DNA of 64,000 nt from Chrysomallon squamiferum (Eukaryota > Animalia > Mollusca). The notes beneath the pieces are model-generated. The model was not told the origin of the DNA. It made no database searches and saw nothing but the letters and a program-made list of their open reading frames with translations. Shown here piece after piece: positions 56,422 to 64,000 of this stretch (position 1 is the stretch's first letter; each line of letters begins with the position of its first letter). The stretch is from positions 7,626,001-7,690,000 of the forward strand of contig CM022675.1 of the NCBI GenBank assembly GCA_012295275.1. Reading direction: 5' to 3'. Both the position numbers and the translations under genes were made by a program.

Positions 56422-56565
56422 TATAAACATGCACACGTACAAACACTACATCTCATACACATACATAAACGCACGCTCTCTCAAACACAAACATTCTCCA
56501 TCTCTCTCTCTCTCTCACACAGATACATACACTGTTTAATTATCTCTCTCATTTTATTTCGCTGG

Positions 56566-56675
<110 letters not shown>

Positions 56676-57132
56676 CTCCCTCTCCCTCTCCCTCCCGGAT
56701 TCTTTTCGTTACCTATTACAATATAATAACACTCGTGTTAATAAAACGTTATTATAATTTATCTATGCTAATTCGCATACTCGTGGGAATGATACCACAA
56801 ACGATCAAGTGCATAGTAAACTACCTGCCACTTGTTAGCTCTTAGCGTTCTCGTGTAAACACAATTCCAGACGTCGCTGGAAACAGAATACCGTTAACGA
56901 TTTGGAGTTACCTATCCGTGTGTACACAGAAGTCACGTCACGTGGACACGGTGCAGAAACTCAAGAGGACTGCCGCTGTTAACACCATTTCACTGATCTC
57001 ACGCCATGTTTTAATATTCCTTTTTATTATTATTATTATTATTGTTTCAAATAAAAAAAATAAAAATAAAAATTGAAACTGAAAACGTAAACTGTTTAAT
57101 GGATTGTTGAAAACTCTTGAAGACAGGCAACT

Positions 57133-63877
<6,745 letters not shown>

Positions 63878-64000
63878 GTAACGTCTCCTACGTAGCAACA
63901 CCCACAGCAACGGCGACACAAGAACTAACAGTTCTGTTAAAAAAAAAAAAAAAAAAAAACTTGAACAAAATAGCAACGTTCTAGGACTGTAGTTACAGCT

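Overview
AT-rich animal genomic DNA packed with microsatellites ((AG)n, (AAT)n, (CA)n). It is probably a mollusc or other lophotrochozoan (inference only). Almost all ORFs in the supplied track are repeat artefacts. The real genes are spliced, and I reconstructed them by hand from GT-AG junctions and reading-frame phase. In order: (1) the last exon of a single-pass membrane protein (+); (2) a complete 8-exon, 488-aa clan-2-like cytochrome P450 (-) with an intact frame, ExxR and PERF, but no heme-ligating cysteine and no I-helix AGxE/DT motif; (3) a secreted Kringle-GON-TSP1-TSP1 protein (+); (4,5) two tandem paralogous TSP1-repeat type I membrane proteins (-) sharing a cytoplasmic REIxxY(D/E)NxAFE motif; (6) a C-type-lectin receptor gene whose first CTL domain has a WSC domain inserted in it, with a tyrosine-motif-rich tail (-); (7) an 8-9 kb inverted duplication (35267-44202 vs 46385-54523) that copies the lectin gene and the 5' part of one TSP1 gene; (8) the first four exons of an angiotensin-converting enzyme gene (+). 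The right arm of the duplication is bracketed by inverted copies of a ~340-bp element, and the two lectin copies carry complementary lesions. Several minisatellites and pogo/Tigger remnants are also present.
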